NCBI GenBank assembly: GCA_016432405.1
Contig: CP066687.1
Span: forward strand, 42,456-106,455
Source: Candidatus Giovannonibacteria bacterium
GTDB taxonomy: Bacteria; Patescibacteriota; Minisyncoccia; UBA11713; 2-01-FULL-45-33
DNA: 64,000 bases
Direction: 5' to 3'
This document shows positions 6,756 to 17,542 of the stretch, one piece after another; the first letter of the stretch is position 1, and each line of letters opens with the position of its first letter. Below the pieces are notes generated by a model. The model saw only the letters and a list, made by a program, of their open reading frames with translations. It made no database searches and was not told the DNA's origin. Made by a program: the position numbers and the translations under genes.

Positions 6756-7529
6756 TTAGCGAATTTCGTAAGTCAGAGTAACAAAAATATTGATTTCATT
6801 CTCGCCGGAAGGCAGAGCGGGGAAATCTCCGCCAAGGCCAAATTCAACCGCCTTTCCGTAAATCGGCACAGGAGGCGGAAAACCACCGCCGGATTCGGAA
6901 TACGAAACTAATTTTTTAAGATTGATATTTAAACTTTTAGCGAGCTTCGCGGCTTTTTCTCTTGCATCTTTAATGGCCGCGGCTCTCGCTTCTTCTTTTG
7001 CCGCCTTCGGGTCGTCCACCGTAAATTGAATGGAGCCAACCTGATTCGCGCCGAATTCAGCGGAGCGCGAAAGTGTGCTGCCCACCTTGCCAAGGTCTCT
7101 TATTTTAACTTCAAGATTTTGATGAATTTCATATCCTCTGAATATTTGCGTCCCGTCTTTATAATCATACCTCGGGCTTATGCTGTAAGAAGTTGTTTTG
7201 ACGTCTTTGTCTTCCACCCCTTCGCGCTTTAGCATCTCCAAAACTTTGTTTATGACGTCTGTCGCGGAACGCTGCGTTGAAACCAAGTCGGCGCCCTGTT
7301 TTACAACTCCGATATTTACAACTGCCACGTCCGGCTTAACAAAGACCTTTCCTTCGCCGGAAACGCTGATTGTGGAGGACGGAAACGGCCGGTTGGTCCC
7401 GTTAACTTCATTCCACGTGCGCGCGCCGAAAAACACAATGAGCACGGCCAAAAATATCACCAGCGCCCAAAGCGCCTCCTTCGGCGGCCTGATATGCAAA
7501 TATTTTGATTCGTTTATTTCCATAGCCAT
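6756..7529 (-). CDS. SIMPL-domain (DUF541) periplasmic protein
   Basis: Signal anchor, then the VKPDVAVVNIGV...FTVDDPKAAKEEARAAAIKDAREKA pattern typical of the SIMPL/26-kDa periplasmic immunogenic protein family. The start was trimmed to MAMEINES. Confidence 0.65.
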   Translation of the reverse strand: MAMEINESKYLHIRPPKEALWALVIFLAVLIVFFGARTWNEVNGTNRPFPSSTISVSGEGKVFVKPDVAVVNIGVVKQGADLVSTQRSATDVINKVLEMLKREGVEDKDVKTTSYSISPRYDYKDGTQIFRGYEIHQNLEVKIRDLGKVGSTLSRSAEFGANQVGSIQFTVDDPKAAKEEARAAAIKDAREKAAKLAKSLNINLKKLVSYSESGGGFPPPVPIYGKAVEFGLGGDFPALPSGENEINIFVTLTYEIR

Positions 7530-7531
7530 TA

Positions 7532-8779
7532 TTATAATCTGGAAAGTTCCTCTCTTGCAACTTCCCTGTCGTCCCACGCTATCTTTGTCCCATTAGGCCC
7601 CATAATCCATGGCTCGGCGCCTTTGCCTGTGATGATTACCGTGTCGCCCGACTCTGCAGATTTTATTGCTTCGCGAATGGCTTCTCTTCTATCCAAAACT
7701 TTCTTGTAGTTTTGGGTTTGGAATTTGTTTAGAAATTTGGAATTAGAAATTAGAAATTGCGAGACGCCTTTTTCAATATCCTCCAAAATAGCCGAAGGCA
7801 GCTCGTCATACGGGTCCTCATTGGTCAAAATAATTTTTTTGCAGAATCTGCCAGCGATTTTCCCCATCTCCGGCCTTTTCCATTTGTCGCGCCCGCCGCC
7901 CGCCGAACCCAAAACGCAGATTAAATTGGGCCGTACGCCGTACGCCGTATGGCTTAAGGCGATATAAACTTTTTCCAGCGCGTCCGGAGTGTGCGCGTAA
8001 TCCACCACCACAGAGAACGGCTTTTTTTGAACAAATTCCAGCCGCCCCGGCACGCCTTCTATTTTCTCCAGCGCGCTTTTTATGGCGCCGAAATCAACTC
8101 CCAAAAGTTTCGCCGCGTGATACGCCGCGACAGCGTTTTCCAGATTGAAATCGCCCAAAAGTTTAAGATGAATCCCCGGCGGCAAATCTTTTTTTGAATA
8201 AATTATGCGGTTTTGGGCGGGAATTTTTAAAAAATAATCAATTGAAGGGTCATCGCCGTTTAAAATATGGATTTTAGCTTTTTTGAAAAGTTCAGCTTTT
8301 GCAGCGCGGTAATTTTCAAAAGTCCCGTGCGACTCTATGTGCTCCGGAGTGACATTGGTCAGGACTGCCATGTAAAAATCAGTCCCGACGTGCCGGAACT
8401 GCTTGATTCCTTCAGAAGTAACTTCAAGCACAGCGTACTCGCAGCCAGCGCTAAGGGCCTCTCTCAAAAATTTTTGCAGTTTGAATCTGCCGGGCATTGT
8501 CATCTTAAGCGTGTTTCTCCACTCCCGCCCGTTTATGCGAAATCTCAAAGACGACGCAGATGCGGTTTTTTCTCCGGCCTCTTCCAAAATAGCCGTGACA
8601 AGATGCACCACTGTGGACTTGCCGTTGGTCCCGGTGACTCCTACGACTTTTAATTTCCGCGATGGGAAATTATACAGCAGAGCCGCTAACCAAGCCAAAC
8701 ACTTGTGATAATGCGGCTGCAATGCCCCAAAAATTTGTTTGGGAATCAATCGCTTGATAAAATTCAAAAGCGCCTCCAT
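7532..8779 (-). CDS. Mur ligase family protein (MurE-like UDP-MurNAc-tripeptide synthetase)
   Basis: P-loop VVGVTGTNGKST, plus DYAHTPDAL, plus a C-terminal GKGAE...DDRE motif typical of Mur ligases. It is shorter than the canonical MurE. Confidence 0.65.
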   Translation of the reverse strand: MEALLNFIKRLIPKQIFGALQPHYHKCLAWLAALLYNFPSRKLKVVGVTGTNGKSTVVHLVTAILEEAGEKTASASSLRFRINGREWRNTLKMTMPGRFKLQKFLREALSAGCEYAVLEVTSEGIKQFRHVGTDFYMAVLTNVTPEHIESHGTFENYRAAKAELFKKAKIHILNGDDPSIDYFLKIPAQNRIIYSKKDLPPGIHLKLLGDFNLENAVAAYHAAKLLGVDFGAIKSALEKIEGVPGRLEFVQKKPFSVVVDYAHTPDALEKVYIALSHTAYGVRPNLICVLGSAGGGRDKWKRPEMGKIAGRFCKKIILTNEDPYDELPSAILEDIEKGVSQFLISNSKFLNKFQTQNYKKVLDRREAIREAIKSAESGDTVIITGKGAEPWIMGPNGTKIAWDDREVAREELSRL

Positions 8780-8788
8780 TCTATTTTT

Positions 8789-9358
8789 CTATTTTCCTAA
8801 CATTTTCAGAGCTTCTTTTAACCTTTTTTCGCGGCCCTGGATGCTCGCCGGAATTTTTTGAAGCATTTCACGGGCTTCGCGCTGGGAATACCCCAGGGCT
8901 TCCAGCGCGTCCAAAATATCAGTATCTTCTTTAAATTCTTCCCCGCCTAATGAAACTTTTCCGAATCCCATTTTGTCTTTCAATTCCAAGACAATTTTTT
9001 CAGCTGTCTTTCTGCCGATGCCGGAAATCTTTGTCAGATAAGATGTATCTCCGGACGCAATCGCGCGTTTTATTGTGTCTACCGGCGCCAAAGCAAGCAC
9101 GCCCAAGGCCGACTTTGGGCCGATGCCCGAGATCGAAATCAAAGATTCAAAAAACTCCAGCTCGGCTTGGTGCGAAAATCCGTAAAGCTCAAGCGCGTCT
9201 TCTTTTACGTGAAGATGGGTCCAGAACTTGGCATTTTCATTTACGGAAATTTTATTCGCGGGCGCCGGCACAAAAATTTTATAACCAACTCCACCGACAT
9301 CCAAAACAACATGCCGCTCTCCCTTAAACAAAACCTTGCCTTCTAAGTGTCCAATCAT
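8789..9358 (-). CDS. ruvA: Holliday junction branch-migration protein RuvA
   Basis: MIGHLEGKV...[10 protein letters not shown]-terminus, HhH motifs ([22 protein letters not shown]), and the C-terminal domain III. Confidence 0.85.
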   Translation of the reverse strand: MIGHLEGKVLFKGERHVVLDVGGVGYKIFVPAPANKISVNENAKFWTHLHVKEDALELYGFSHQAELEFFESLISISGIGPKSALGVLALAPVDTIKRAIASGDTSYLTKISGIGRKTAEKIVLELKDKMGFGKVSLGGEEFKEDTDILDALEALGYSQREAREMLQKIPASIQGREKRLKEALKMLGK

Positions 9359-9378
9359 TACTATTACTATACTACAAA

Positions 9379-11433
9379 ATGACCTTATTTAAACTTCACG
9401 AGCCCTATAAACCGGCTGGAGATCAGCCAAGAGCGATTAGTGAATTGACCCGGCTTTTGAAATCTAACAACCGGCACCAAACTCTGCTTGGCGTCACCGG
9501 CTCGGGAAAAACTTTTACGATGGCGAATGTCATCGCGAATTTAGGCCGTCCGGCTTTGGTGATTTCGCACAATAAAACTTTGGCCGCCCAGCTTTATCAG
9601 GAATTTAAAACTTTTTTCCCAAAAAACGCCGTGCATTATTTCGTTTCCTACTACGATTACTACCAGCCGGAAGCATACATCCCGCAGACGGACACTTATA
9701 TAGAAAAGGATGCAAAGATAAACGATTTCATTGACGCGATGCGCCACGCGACTACCGCCACGGCTCTTACGCGCAGGGATTTCGTGATTGTCGCCTCCGT
9801 TTCCTGCATCTACGGCATCGGCGACCCATCTGAATACGAAAAGGCGGCGCTTGAGGTAAAAGAGGGTATGCAGATTTCGCAGCGCGCTTTTTTGAAAAAA
9901 TTAGTTGAAATGCAATACGAAAGAAATAATTATGATAGGCTTGCCCCGCCATCGGCGGGGCAAGCCGGAGTTTTCAAAGTGCGCGGGGAAGCGGTGGAAA
10001 TTTTTTCTCCGGCCGGAAACTCGATAATTCGGATTGAGTGGAATGGGAACACTATAGAAAAAATAAGCGGGGGCGGAAAAATTTTCCCCGCAAAACATTT
10101 CGTGACTCCGCAGGAAAAATTGGAGCTCGCGCTGGCTAACATAAAACTTGAACTGAAAACCAGAACCGCGGAGCTCAAAAAAGAAGGAAAATTATTGGAA
10201 GCCCAAAGAATCACCCAGCGCACTAATTTTGATTTAAAAATGCTCCGCGAGACCGGCTACACGCACGGAATAGAAAACTACTCGCGTCAGCTCGCATTTA
10301 GAAAAGCAGGAGAGCCGCCGGCCACTTTGCTGGACTACCTGCCTGCCGGCAAGGCGGGTTTACCGGATGATTTCGTAACTTTTATTGATGAATCGCATAT
10401 GTCTATCCCCCAAATCCGCGGAATGTACAGCGGGGACCGCGCGAGAAAACAGGTTTTGGTTGATTACGGCTTCCGCCTGCCGTCGGCAATAGATAATCGG
10501 CCATTAAAGTTTGAAGAGTTTAATCAAAAAATCAGGCAGGTTGTTTATGTTTCCGCGACTCCAGCGCCCTACGAACTGAATCTCTCGTGTCAAAGAGAAA
10601 GCAACCTCTCCCCCGGTCTTCTCTCCTTCGCAAATTCGTATCATTCGCATACCGATTCGCAACATTCGTGTTATATCATTGAACAAATCATCCGCCCGAC
10701 CGGGCTTTTGGACCCGCGCCTTGAAATCCGCGGCACGGCAAACCAGATGAAGAACGTTGTGTCAGAAATAGAAAAGCGGGCGAGCCGCAAAGAAAGAGTT
10801 CTGGTTACCACTCTCACCAAACGCATGGCCGAAGACTTGGCGGATTATTTGAAAGAAAAACCCGCCTCGCCAGCAGGCAGGAATATTAAAGCCGAATATC
10901 TTCATTCGGATATAAAAACTTTGGAACGGCACAAAATTTTAAGAGATTTGCGGAAGGGCGTCTACGACGTGATTGTCGGGATAAATCTTTTAAGAGAAGG
11001 CATTGATCTGCCGGAGGTGTCTTTGGTAATAATTTTAGACGCCGACAAAGAGGGGTTTTTGAGGAACGCCCAAACTTTAATCCAAACCATCGGCCGCGCC
11101 GCGAGGCACACCCAAGGAACAGTAATAATGTACGCGGACACGACGACCGATTCAATGAAAAAAGCGCTGGAGGAAACCGGGCGCAGAAGAAAAATTCAGG
11201 AAGAGTACAACAAAAAACATGGCCTGACGCCGCAGCCCATTCAGCGTCAAATCGGCGAGAACATATTCGGCGCAGAATCAGCAGTTAAAAAATTTGATTT
11301 AACAAAAATGTCCAAACAAATGTCCCGCGAAAAACTAAAGCAGGAACTGGAAGAAGAAATGCTGGAAGCCGCCAAAAATCTGGACTTCGAAAAAGCCGCC
11401 GAACTGCGCGACTTGATTAAAACAATCAAATAA
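9379..11433 (+). CDS. uvrB: Excinuclease ABC subunit B
   Basis: GVTGSGKTF Walker A, YVSATP, the helicase motifs and the C-terminal UvrB/UvrC interaction helix EKAAELRD. There is an apparent insertion of about 22 aa just before the conserved [13 protein letters not shown]. Confidence 0.95.
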   Translation: MTLFKLHEPYKPAGDQPRAISELTRLLKSNNRHQTLLGVTGSGKTFTMANVIANLGRPALVISHNKTLAAQLYQEFKTFFPKNAVHYFVSYYDYYQPEAYIPQTDTYIEKDAKINDFIDAMRHATTATALTRRDFVIVASVSCIYGIGDPSEYEKAALEVKEGMQISQRAFLKKLVEMQYERNNYDRLAPPSAGQAGVFKVRGEAVEIFSPAGNSIIRIEWNGNTIEKISGGGKIFPAKHFVTPQEKLELALANIKLELKTRTAELKKEGKLLEAQRITQRTNFDLKMLRETGYTHGIENYSRQLAFRKAGEPPATLLDYLPAGKAGLPDDFVTFIDESHMSIPQIRGMYSGDRARKQVLVDYGFRLPSAIDNRPLKFEEFNQKIRQVVYVSATPAPYELNLSCQRESNLSPGLLSFANSYHSHTDSQHSCYIIEQIIRPTGLLDPRLEIRGTANQMKNVVSEIEKRASRKERVLVTTLTKRMAEDLADYLKEKPASPAGRNIKAEYLHSDIKTLERHKILRDLRKGVYDVIVGINLLREGIDLPEVSLVIILDADKEGFLRNAQTLIQTIGRAARHTQGTVIMYADTTTDSMKKALEETGRRRKIQEEYNKKHGLTPQPIQRQIGENIFGAESAVKKFDLTKMSKQMSREKLKQELEEEMLEAAKNLDFEKAAELRDLIKTIK

Positions 11434-11447
11434 ATTAAACTCCTACT

Positions 11448-11681
11448 ATGCCAATAACTTCATCAGCCAAAAAAGCGTTGAGGCAATCCGGCCGGAGGCG
11501 GGAAAGAAATTTGGTTTGGAAAGCCAAATTAAAAAGCGCCGTCAAAACAGCCGAGAAAGACAAGTCGGCGGAATCGCTGCGCCTTGCCTACAAAGCCATA
11601 GATAAATCCGCCAAAAAGGGCCTCACCAAAAAAAACAAAGCCGCAAGGATGAAATCCAGGCTCGCGAAACTGGTCAAATAA
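11448..11681 (+). CDS. rpsT: 30S ribosomal protein S20
   Basis: A 77-aa basic protein. SAKKALRQSGRRRERN matches the S20 N-terminus. Confidence 0.85.
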   Translation: MPITSSAKKALRQSGRRRERNLVWKAKLKSAVKTAEKDKSAESLRLAYKAIDKSAKKGLTKKNKAARMKSRLAKLVK

Positions 11682-11714
11682 AAATTTTTCATAACCCCTG
11701 CTTCGCCGGTTATT

Positions 11715-12587
11715 TCATTTATTCATCGAAAAAATAAGCCGCTCCAAAATCTCGTAAGAGTTTTTTGGGTCCCTTCGCATGGCGGATTCGGCTTGGATGC
11801 CCTTGAAATACGCATCGGCCATCTTTTTTTGTTTTATTTTCCAAAGTAAAGGATAAATAAGCCGTTGCAAATCCTGCCCCGAGGCCTCCGCCTCTTTAAG
11901 AGCCAAAAGCGCGCGCGACAACGGCGCCGAGACAAGTTTTTCAACAAAAAGGAATGGGCTTGCCTTGGCACCAAGTTTTGCAAGGACACGCATATCCACC
12001 TGCTGGCGGATTGCTCTGCTCGCGCCGTCGCGCTGCGCAAGGTCTTGCAAAACTTGTGCCTTCGGCGGTTCGCTCAAACTCATCTTCTCCAACTCATTCT
12101 CCAGCGCCCACTCCGCTTCCCTCCCCGCCCCGGAAACCATCGTTATTTTTCCTTCCCTGCCAAGTTTTACTCCCAGCTCTTTTGCCCGGCGGGCAAGCCA
12201 CGCCTCCAAACCTGCTTTTTCCAAAATTTTCATCTCCTGAATCTTTTCCGCGTATTTTTTAAAAAACGCCAGCGCCTGTTTTTCCGGCTCACGCTCCCAA
12301 AAAACAAAAATGTTTCCGGATTCTTTTAAAAACTTTCCGTTTTCTTGAAGAATTTTAAGCATTCCTCCGTCAGCGCCCGAAATATTTTTAAATATGACCA
12401 GCCGCGCGCGGGAAAAAAGACTCTCCTGCCCAAGGGCGGAGTAGAGGTCAGAAGCATTAATTTCCGAGCTTTCGCCGTCAAATTCCTCAAGCGGCAAATT
12501 GCCGCGTTTCTTTAAAAACGCCGCCTTAAATTCCCTTATCTTGCGGAGTGCCTGATAGGAATTTGGCCCGAAAAGAAAATAAATCAT
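11715..12587 (-). CDS. holA: DNA polymerase III delta subunit
   Basis: MIYFLFGPNSYQ N-terminus and a length of about 290 aa. Its position next to rpsT is typical. Confidence 0.7.
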   Translation of the reverse strand: MIYFLFGPNSYQALRKIREFKAAFLKKRGNLPLEEFDGESSEINASDLYSALGQESLFSRARLVIFKNISGADGGMLKILQENGKFLKESGNIFVFWEREPEKQALAFFKKYAEKIQEMKILEKAGLEAWLARRAKELGVKLGREGKITMVSGAGREAEWALENELEKMSLSEPPKAQVLQDLAQRDGASRAIRQQVDMRVLAKLGAKASPFLFVEKLVSAPLSRALLALKEAEASGQDLQRLIYPLLWKIKQKKMADAYFKGIQAESAMRRDPKNSYEILERLIFSMNK

Positions 12588-12589
12588 TG

Positions 12590-13546
12590 TTATTCAACAA
12601 AAATATTTTCTTTGGGCGGCTCCGGAATGAGATTCAATTCAAAGGCCTTTTTTACAAGAGCGTTATGCTCTTCCGGCAACCAGGCAAGGGGATAAATTGC
12701 CGGCAGGCGCTCCTTCATCAGGTTGATTTCTTCGGGCCGCTCAAGTCCCAAAATGCCTTTATACTCTTCTATTAACTGCGTGTTTTTCCGAATGAAGATT
12801 GCCGCTTCCAAAACGGCTTCTCTTAAACGTTTAACTTTATTCGGATTCTGCGAAATCCAGTCTGCGTGGGCCGCCAAATCCACGAATGGTATGACGGCAG
12901 AGCTGGTAATGCCACCCCACTCCCTGCTCAAATTGACTACTTCCCTATAATTGCCGGTTGCCAAAAACCGCGCAGTGGCAACCGCGTTTAAAAACGCGGC
13001 CTCTACTTCTCCGTTTGCCAGACGTTGCTCATTTTGCGGAAACGAGCCGAAAACGAGCTTAAAATCGCGCTCCAAATCCAACCCAAGCGTTTTCATCCCC
13101 ACGGCATGCATAGTGTAAGACGCGCTTCCTTTGGGATGCATGGCAACTCTTGCTCCTTTAAGGTCCTCAAATTTATAGTAGGGAGACGCGGCTTTCACCA
13201 CCAAGGCCTGGTTGGTTTGATAGGTAGACACAAACGCGCGCAGCTTTATGTTTTTAGCTTGATTGGTAATTGCAATTGACAGCGGATTTATGGTGCCGAC
13301 CTCAACCCCGTCTACTTTTTCAATCAGGCGACGCTCGGCTTCGGATGGAGGAGAAAAAAGAACGTCCAATTTCAATCCATGTTTCTCTGCAATCCCTTTG
13401 TCCTGTAATACTGCCAGTAAAAATTTCAGGTTTTCGGCGTCCGCAAAACTAATTTTAACGGTTTCAACATTATTTAAATCCCACCAGTACCAGCCGGCGA
13501 ATGCCGCGGCAACTACGATTGCCAAGATAATGATTTTTGTAAACAT
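12590..13546 (-). CDS. ABC-type substrate-binding protein, NMT1/SsuA/TauA-like
   Basis: Signal anchor plus a periplasmic-binding fold pattern, with motifs KIAVL-like and GEVEAAFL. Confidence 0.6.
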   Translation of the reverse strand: MFTKIIILAIVVAAAFAGWYWWDLNNVETVKISFADAENLKFLLAVLQDKGIAEKHGLKLDVLFSPPSEAERRLIEKVDGVEVGTINPLSIAITNQAKNIKLRAFVSTYQTNQALVVKAASPYYKFEDLKGARVAMHPKGSASYTMHAVGMKTLGLDLERDFKLVFGSFPQNEQRLANGEVEAAFLNAVATARFLATGNYREVVNLSREWGGITSSAVIPFVDLAAHADWISQNPNKVKRLREAVLEAAIFIRKNTQLIEEYKGILGLERPEEINLMKERLPAIYPLAWLPEEHNALVKKAFELNLIPEPPKENIFVE

Positions 13547-13547
13547 T

Positions 13548-14381
13548 CTAAAAATACTTCTTTTTTAAAATGACCTTTATTTTGGAAATTATTTCCCCCG
13601 GAGTGAAATGGGCTTTGACCATGAAATCCTCCGCCCCGCCAGAGACGGCCCGGTCCATGTCTTCCTTTTGCCCGAGATTTGAAAGTACGATTATCGGTAT
13701 TGAAGAAGTGTTTTGGTCGCTCTTCATGCGGCGCAACACTTCAAAACCGTCCATGCCGGGCAAAATAAGGTCAAGCAAAATCAGGTCCGGGCGGTGTTCT
13801 TTGGCCATCTTCAGCCCTTCTTCGCCGTCAATCGCCTCAAATGTGGCAAAACCTTCTTTCCGGAGCTTCTGAACGATTAAATCTCTTAAAAACTTGTCGT
13901 CCTCAACCGCCAGAATTTTGACTTTTCCGGATTGCGCCTTTCTGTTTGTCCCTTGCGGGGGCGCTTCCGTTGGTGCAGCTTGCGCTTGATAACTGTTTTT
14001 CTTTTGCTCGCTAGGCACGCCCAGTACCTTTTCCACTTTATCCAAAACGTCCGCCGGGTTGAACTCCGCCTTAACCAAATAGTCTCTCGCGCCGAGTTTC
14101 AGCGCTTTATCCACCTCAACCGGCTGGCCGGAATTTGACACAATTATAATCGGGGTGGTTATTTTATCGTTTTTTAAACGCTCCAAAACCTGAAAGCCGT
14201 CCATCTTCGGCAAAATTATGTCCAAAAGCGCCAAATCCGGTTTCTCCTCTTTAATCATGCGATAGCCCGCCTCGCCGTCGGTTGCGACCGAAACCCGGTA
14301 GCCCTCGTATTCCAGCTTGGCTTTCATTACATTCAAATGAACCGGCTCGTCTTCTATAATTAATACCTTATAGTCGGCCAT
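13548..14381 (-). CDS. Response regulator with two tandem receiver (REC) domains and no output domain
   Basis: Two copies of the DxxxxxLLDIILPxMDGFxVL receiver signature. The phospho-acceptor Asp is in LLDIIL and LLDLIL. Confidence 0.75.
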   Translation of the reverse strand: MADYKVLIIEDEPVHLNVMKAKLEYEGYRVSVATDGEAGYRMIKEEKPDLALLDIILPKMDGFQVLERLKNDKITTPIIIVSNSGQPVEVDKALKLGARDYLVKAEFNPADVLDKVEKVLGVPSEQKKNSYQAQAAPTEAPPQGTNRKAQSGKVKILAVEDDKFLRDLIVQKLRKEGFATFEAIDGEEGLKMAKEHRPDLILLDLILPGMDGFEVLRRMKSDQNTSSIPIIVLSNLGQKEDMDRAVSGGAEDFMVKAHFTPGEIISKIKVILKKKYF

Positions 14382-14399
14382 AAGCGGATTATACCATAC

Positions 14400-16499
14400 T
14401 TAAATCGTTTCCAAAAACTCCTCCAGAGGCGGGCTTTCTTCCGCAGGCACCAGTTCTTTTTTGAGAGGAAGGGTGAAAGTAAAAACCGTGCCGCCGTTCT
14501 CTTTAGAGTTAAAAGTTGTGTCGCCGCCGTGGCGCTTTATAATATTACGCACGATAAAAAGGCCTAGCCCGGTGCCCTCGGTTTCCATTTTAATCACATT
14601 GGAAGCGCGGAAAAATTTGGAAAAAACCCTTTTTTGCTCCGAGAGAGGTATGCCCACTCCAGTGTCGGAGATGCTTATCACCGCGTAGTTGCTCGCTTTC
14701 TCAATCCTCACCAAAACCTCGCCGCCAGCCGCGGTATATTTAATTGCGTTGTCCAGCAGATTATTAATCGCCAAAGACAATTTTTCCGAATCGGCGTAAA
14801 TCTGCGGCAGAGCTCCGTCTATTTTCTCAAACTTCAGATTTACGGATTTCCTTTTTGCCAAATCTATATATCCCCGGATAGCGCTCTCAAGGAATTTATC
14901 CAAGTCAATTTCCTTAAAGTCGTACCCAAATTTTCCTTCCTCTATGCGGGCGGCGTTCAGAAGGTCGTTGACCAGTTTAATCATTCTCTCGTTGATCTCG
15001 TAGCCCTTGGAGAGAAAATTGGACTGTTCCTGGGAAAGCGCGCCGGCGTCCCCGTCCAAGAGCAAGCGCAGCGTCCATTTGATTGCCGACAAAGGCGTGC
15101 GCAGCTGATGCGCGGCAACTGAGACAAATTCGGACTTAATCCGGCCCAAAAGTCTTTCGCGCGAAACGTCGTGCAAAATTTTGAGAAACCCGCGGACGTT
15201 TCCGGCCCGGTCAACGACGTGGGTCATGGTCACCAGCAACTTCAGCTCCGGCACGGAGGTGTGAATTTCCATGGTTTTTGCGGATGGGGTGCCAGGGATG
15301 GGCTTGACCCCGGAAGCGTAAGGCGCTGAAGCCGGATACATCAGCTCCACCAGCCCCTTAAATTTCTCGTTGGTCTTGGTAAATTCCGGAGTTATGGACG
15401 CGCCGCTGATATCCGCAAGCTTAATGCCAAGAAGCTCCTCGGCTTTCGGATTCATTAAAACAACTTGTGATTTGTCGTTGTATTCTATGACGCCGTCGGA
15501 AAGACTGTTTAAAATCGCCTCGCGCTGGTTGCGCTCGGCATAGAAAAGGGTCGCCGTTCTTATTAAATTGAAATAATTCCAAACCAAAAGCAAAAGAAGT
15601 AAAATCTCCAGCCCGAAAGAAACTATTGCCGCCGAAAGTATGCGCCGGGAAGAAGATAGGGCCTGCGACCTTAAATTTTCGGCCACTATGGCCCAGCCGG
15701 TCAGCTCAAATGGCAGCGCCACGGCAAAAACCTCTTCGTTTTGCTCGTTTAAGTAAATCAAATCGCCGGAGCGCGTATCCGCCTCGCGACCTCCCAGAGC
15801 GCTCAAAACCAGCTTCCTCTGCAGAACGTTGGTTCTGCCAAAAACCAAAGACGAGTTTGGGTGCGCTATGATGTATCCGTCGCGGTCCACCACGTAAGCG
15901 GCCTCTCCTCCCAGCGAAGAGCCGGCGCTTGCCCCGCGCACAACATCCAAGAGGAATTTCAGGTTGACTTCGGCAACCAGCGCGGAATACCCAGATTTTC
16001 TATCCAGCGGGACCGCTATTGTAATCAGCGGCTCCGAAGCACCGGATATTAAAACCGGACTGCGGTAAATCTCCCCGCGCGAAACCGCCAAAAATAGCTC
16101 ATCAACCGAACGGTCCCTGAAATCAGACGGCGTGATAAGAAGAAATCTATGGCTTTTCGCCTTTTCTTTCCCGTCCAGCCCCAGAATACTCACGGATTCA
16201 AACGGCTGGTTTTCCTTCATCAGCCGCGAGATAAGTTCCTGCCTTGAGGAGCCGCTCTGGCTAATGATGTCCGCGGCGTTTTTCAAAGCATTTTCGTGGC
16301 GCTCCAGAGAAACGCCGATTTGATTTCTTACGTCAACCGCTATCGCGCGGTGCAGGGCGTACGCGCCGTTATCCAATTCGCGCAATGTCGGAAAAAGCCA
16401 GGCCACGTTCGCCGCGATCAGCGCGAAAACCGCGATGCCTCCCAACGCCCAAAGCTGGAATCTGCGTCCTAAAAAAAATTCGTTTAAGCTATCCTGCAT
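14400..16499 (-). CDS. Sensor histidine kinase (membrane, extracytoplasmic sensor domain, PAS, HisKA, HATPase)
   Basis: H-box VAAHQLRTPLSAI, N-box NLLDNAIKYT, G-boxes ISDTGVGI and GTGLGL, and N-terminal TM segments. Confidence 0.85.
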   Translation of the reverse strand: MQDSLNEFFLGRRFQLWALGGIAVFALIAANVAWLFPTLRELDNGAYALHRAIAVDVRNQIGVSLERHENALKNAADIISQSGSSRQELISRLMKENQPFESVSILGLDGKEKAKSHRFLLITPSDFRDRSVDELFLAVSRGEIYRSPVLISGASEPLITIAVPLDRKSGYSALVAEVNLKFLLDVVRGASAGSSLGGEAAYVVDRDGYIIAHPNSSLVFGRTNVLQRKLVLSALGGREADTRSGDLIYLNEQNEEVFAVALPFELTGWAIVAENLRSQALSSSRRILSAAIVSFGLEILLLLLLVWNYFNLIRTATLFYAERNQREAILNSLSDGVIEYNDKSQVVLMNPKAEELLGIKLADISGASITPEFTKTNEKFKGLVELMYPASAPYASGVKPIPGTPSAKTMEIHTSVPELKLLVTMTHVVDRAGNVRGFLKILHDVSRERLLGRIKSEFVSVAAHQLRTPLSAIKWTLRLLLDGDAGALSQEQSNFLSKGYEINERMIKLVNDLLNAARIEEGKFGYDFKEIDLDKFLESAIRGYIDLAKRKSVNLKFEKIDGALPQIYADSEKLSLAINNLLDNAIKYTAAGGEVLVRIEKASNYAVISISDTGVGIPLSEQKRVFSKFFRASNVIKMETEGTGLGLFIVRNIIKRHGGDTTFNSKENGGTVFTFTLPLKKELVPAEESPPLEEFLETI

Positions 16500-16503
16500 T
16501 AAT

Positions 16504-17517
16504 TCACTCGTTATAAACCTTGCTGGCCTGAAGGAGCAAGGATTCAGGGATTTTTATACCCATCTCCCCAGCAAGCGCGGCGTTTATCTCAAAAGTCAGA
16601 GTTGACGCAAATTCCACCGGGATATCTCCGGGTTTTTCGCCCCCCAAAACCTTGCTTATCATCCTCGCCCCTTGTCTGCCGACATCGTATCTGGAGGCGC
16701 CGTAAACCATAAGATAGCCGGAGCCAACGCCGCGCTCAACGTTGAAATCTATAGACGCGATTTTGGTTTTGCGGAGTGACGGAGCGATTAAATCCGAATT
16801 GCCGGAAATAGTCGCTTCCGAAGTGGTCATAACCGCGTCCGGGCGATCCTTAACTAAACGCGCCATGGCAGGGGCGACTTCTTCTTTTTTTGTCATCTCA
16901 TACCACAGGACCTTTATCCCAAGTTTTTTTGCCCCGTCTTCGTGGGCTTTGATGATTTCGTCATAGCTGACGTGCTTGGGGTTTACCAACACGCCGATTG
17001 TTTTAAGAGCCGGGTTGAGAGTTTTTAAAATCTCCATCCTTTTCGGCGCGATTGCAACATTGTCAACTATTACGCCGGTCATAAATCCTCCGGGATGCTG
17101 GACGTTTTCAATCCCCAGCTCTTTAAAATTGCCGACATCCACGGCTACGACGGGGATTTTGGCGTCTTTATTCGCTTCCTTTATCGCCGATGAGGCGCTG
17201 GTGGAAACCGAGACAATCAAATCCGGCTCGGAATTCACAATCTCCCGCGCCATCTTCGTAGTCAAATTTCTATCACCTTTCGGATTTTTCAACTCAATAA
17301 TAAAATCCCTGCCCTCAACCAAATTTAATTCTTTAAACCCGGCCTTAATGCCGTCAACGGCGGCAAGCTGGAGATCGGACGCCGTAAGCATTGCTACGCG
17401 TTTCGGTGCTTGTCGGCCGTTTCTGAGCAAAGGAGGAGAGACGAAAAAAACAAACGCGGCAACGATTAAAAGTATTAAAACTACAACCCAAAAAAACTTT
17501 TTGTTACCCATGCCCAC
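16504..17517 (-). CDS. Putative ABC-transport-system substrate-binding protein (PF04392-like)
   Basis: Signal anchor plus periplasmic-binding fold. It is a paralogue of the next gene, and both lie immediately upstream of the histidine kinase. Confidence 0.6.
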   Translation of the reverse strand: MGMGNKKFFWVVVLILLIVAAFVFFVSPPLLRNGRQAPKRVAMLTASDLQLAAVDGIKAGFKELNLVEGRDFIIELKNPKGDRNLTTKMAREIVNSEPDLIVSVSTSASSAIKEANKDAKIPVVAVDVGNFKELGIENVQHPGGFMTGVIVDNVAIAPKRMEILKTLNPALKTIGVLVNPKHVSYDEIIKAHEDGAKKLGIKVLWYEMTKKEEVAPAMARLVKDRPDAVMTTSEATISGNSDLIAPSLRKTKIASIDFNVERGVGSGYLMVYGASRYDVGRQGARMISKVLGGEKPGDIPVEFASTLTFEINAALAGEMGIKIPESLLLQASKVYNE

Positions 17518-17542
17518 ATTATATCACCCATCTAATAAATTG

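Noticed and set aside
5968-6759. 263-aa plus-strand ORF, and 111-aa and 91-aa minus-strand ORFs, overlapping the DGR target gene.
   Set aside because: These are antisense or alternative-frame shadows in a GC-rich gene, where long spurious ORFs are expected. Only the 5962..6597 frame has an RBS (AAGGAGG), an ATG and the VR homology.
11682-11714. Possible terminator after rpsT.
   Set aside because: Only a weak 6-bp stem (ATAACC/GGTTAT) could be drawn, with no U-tract.
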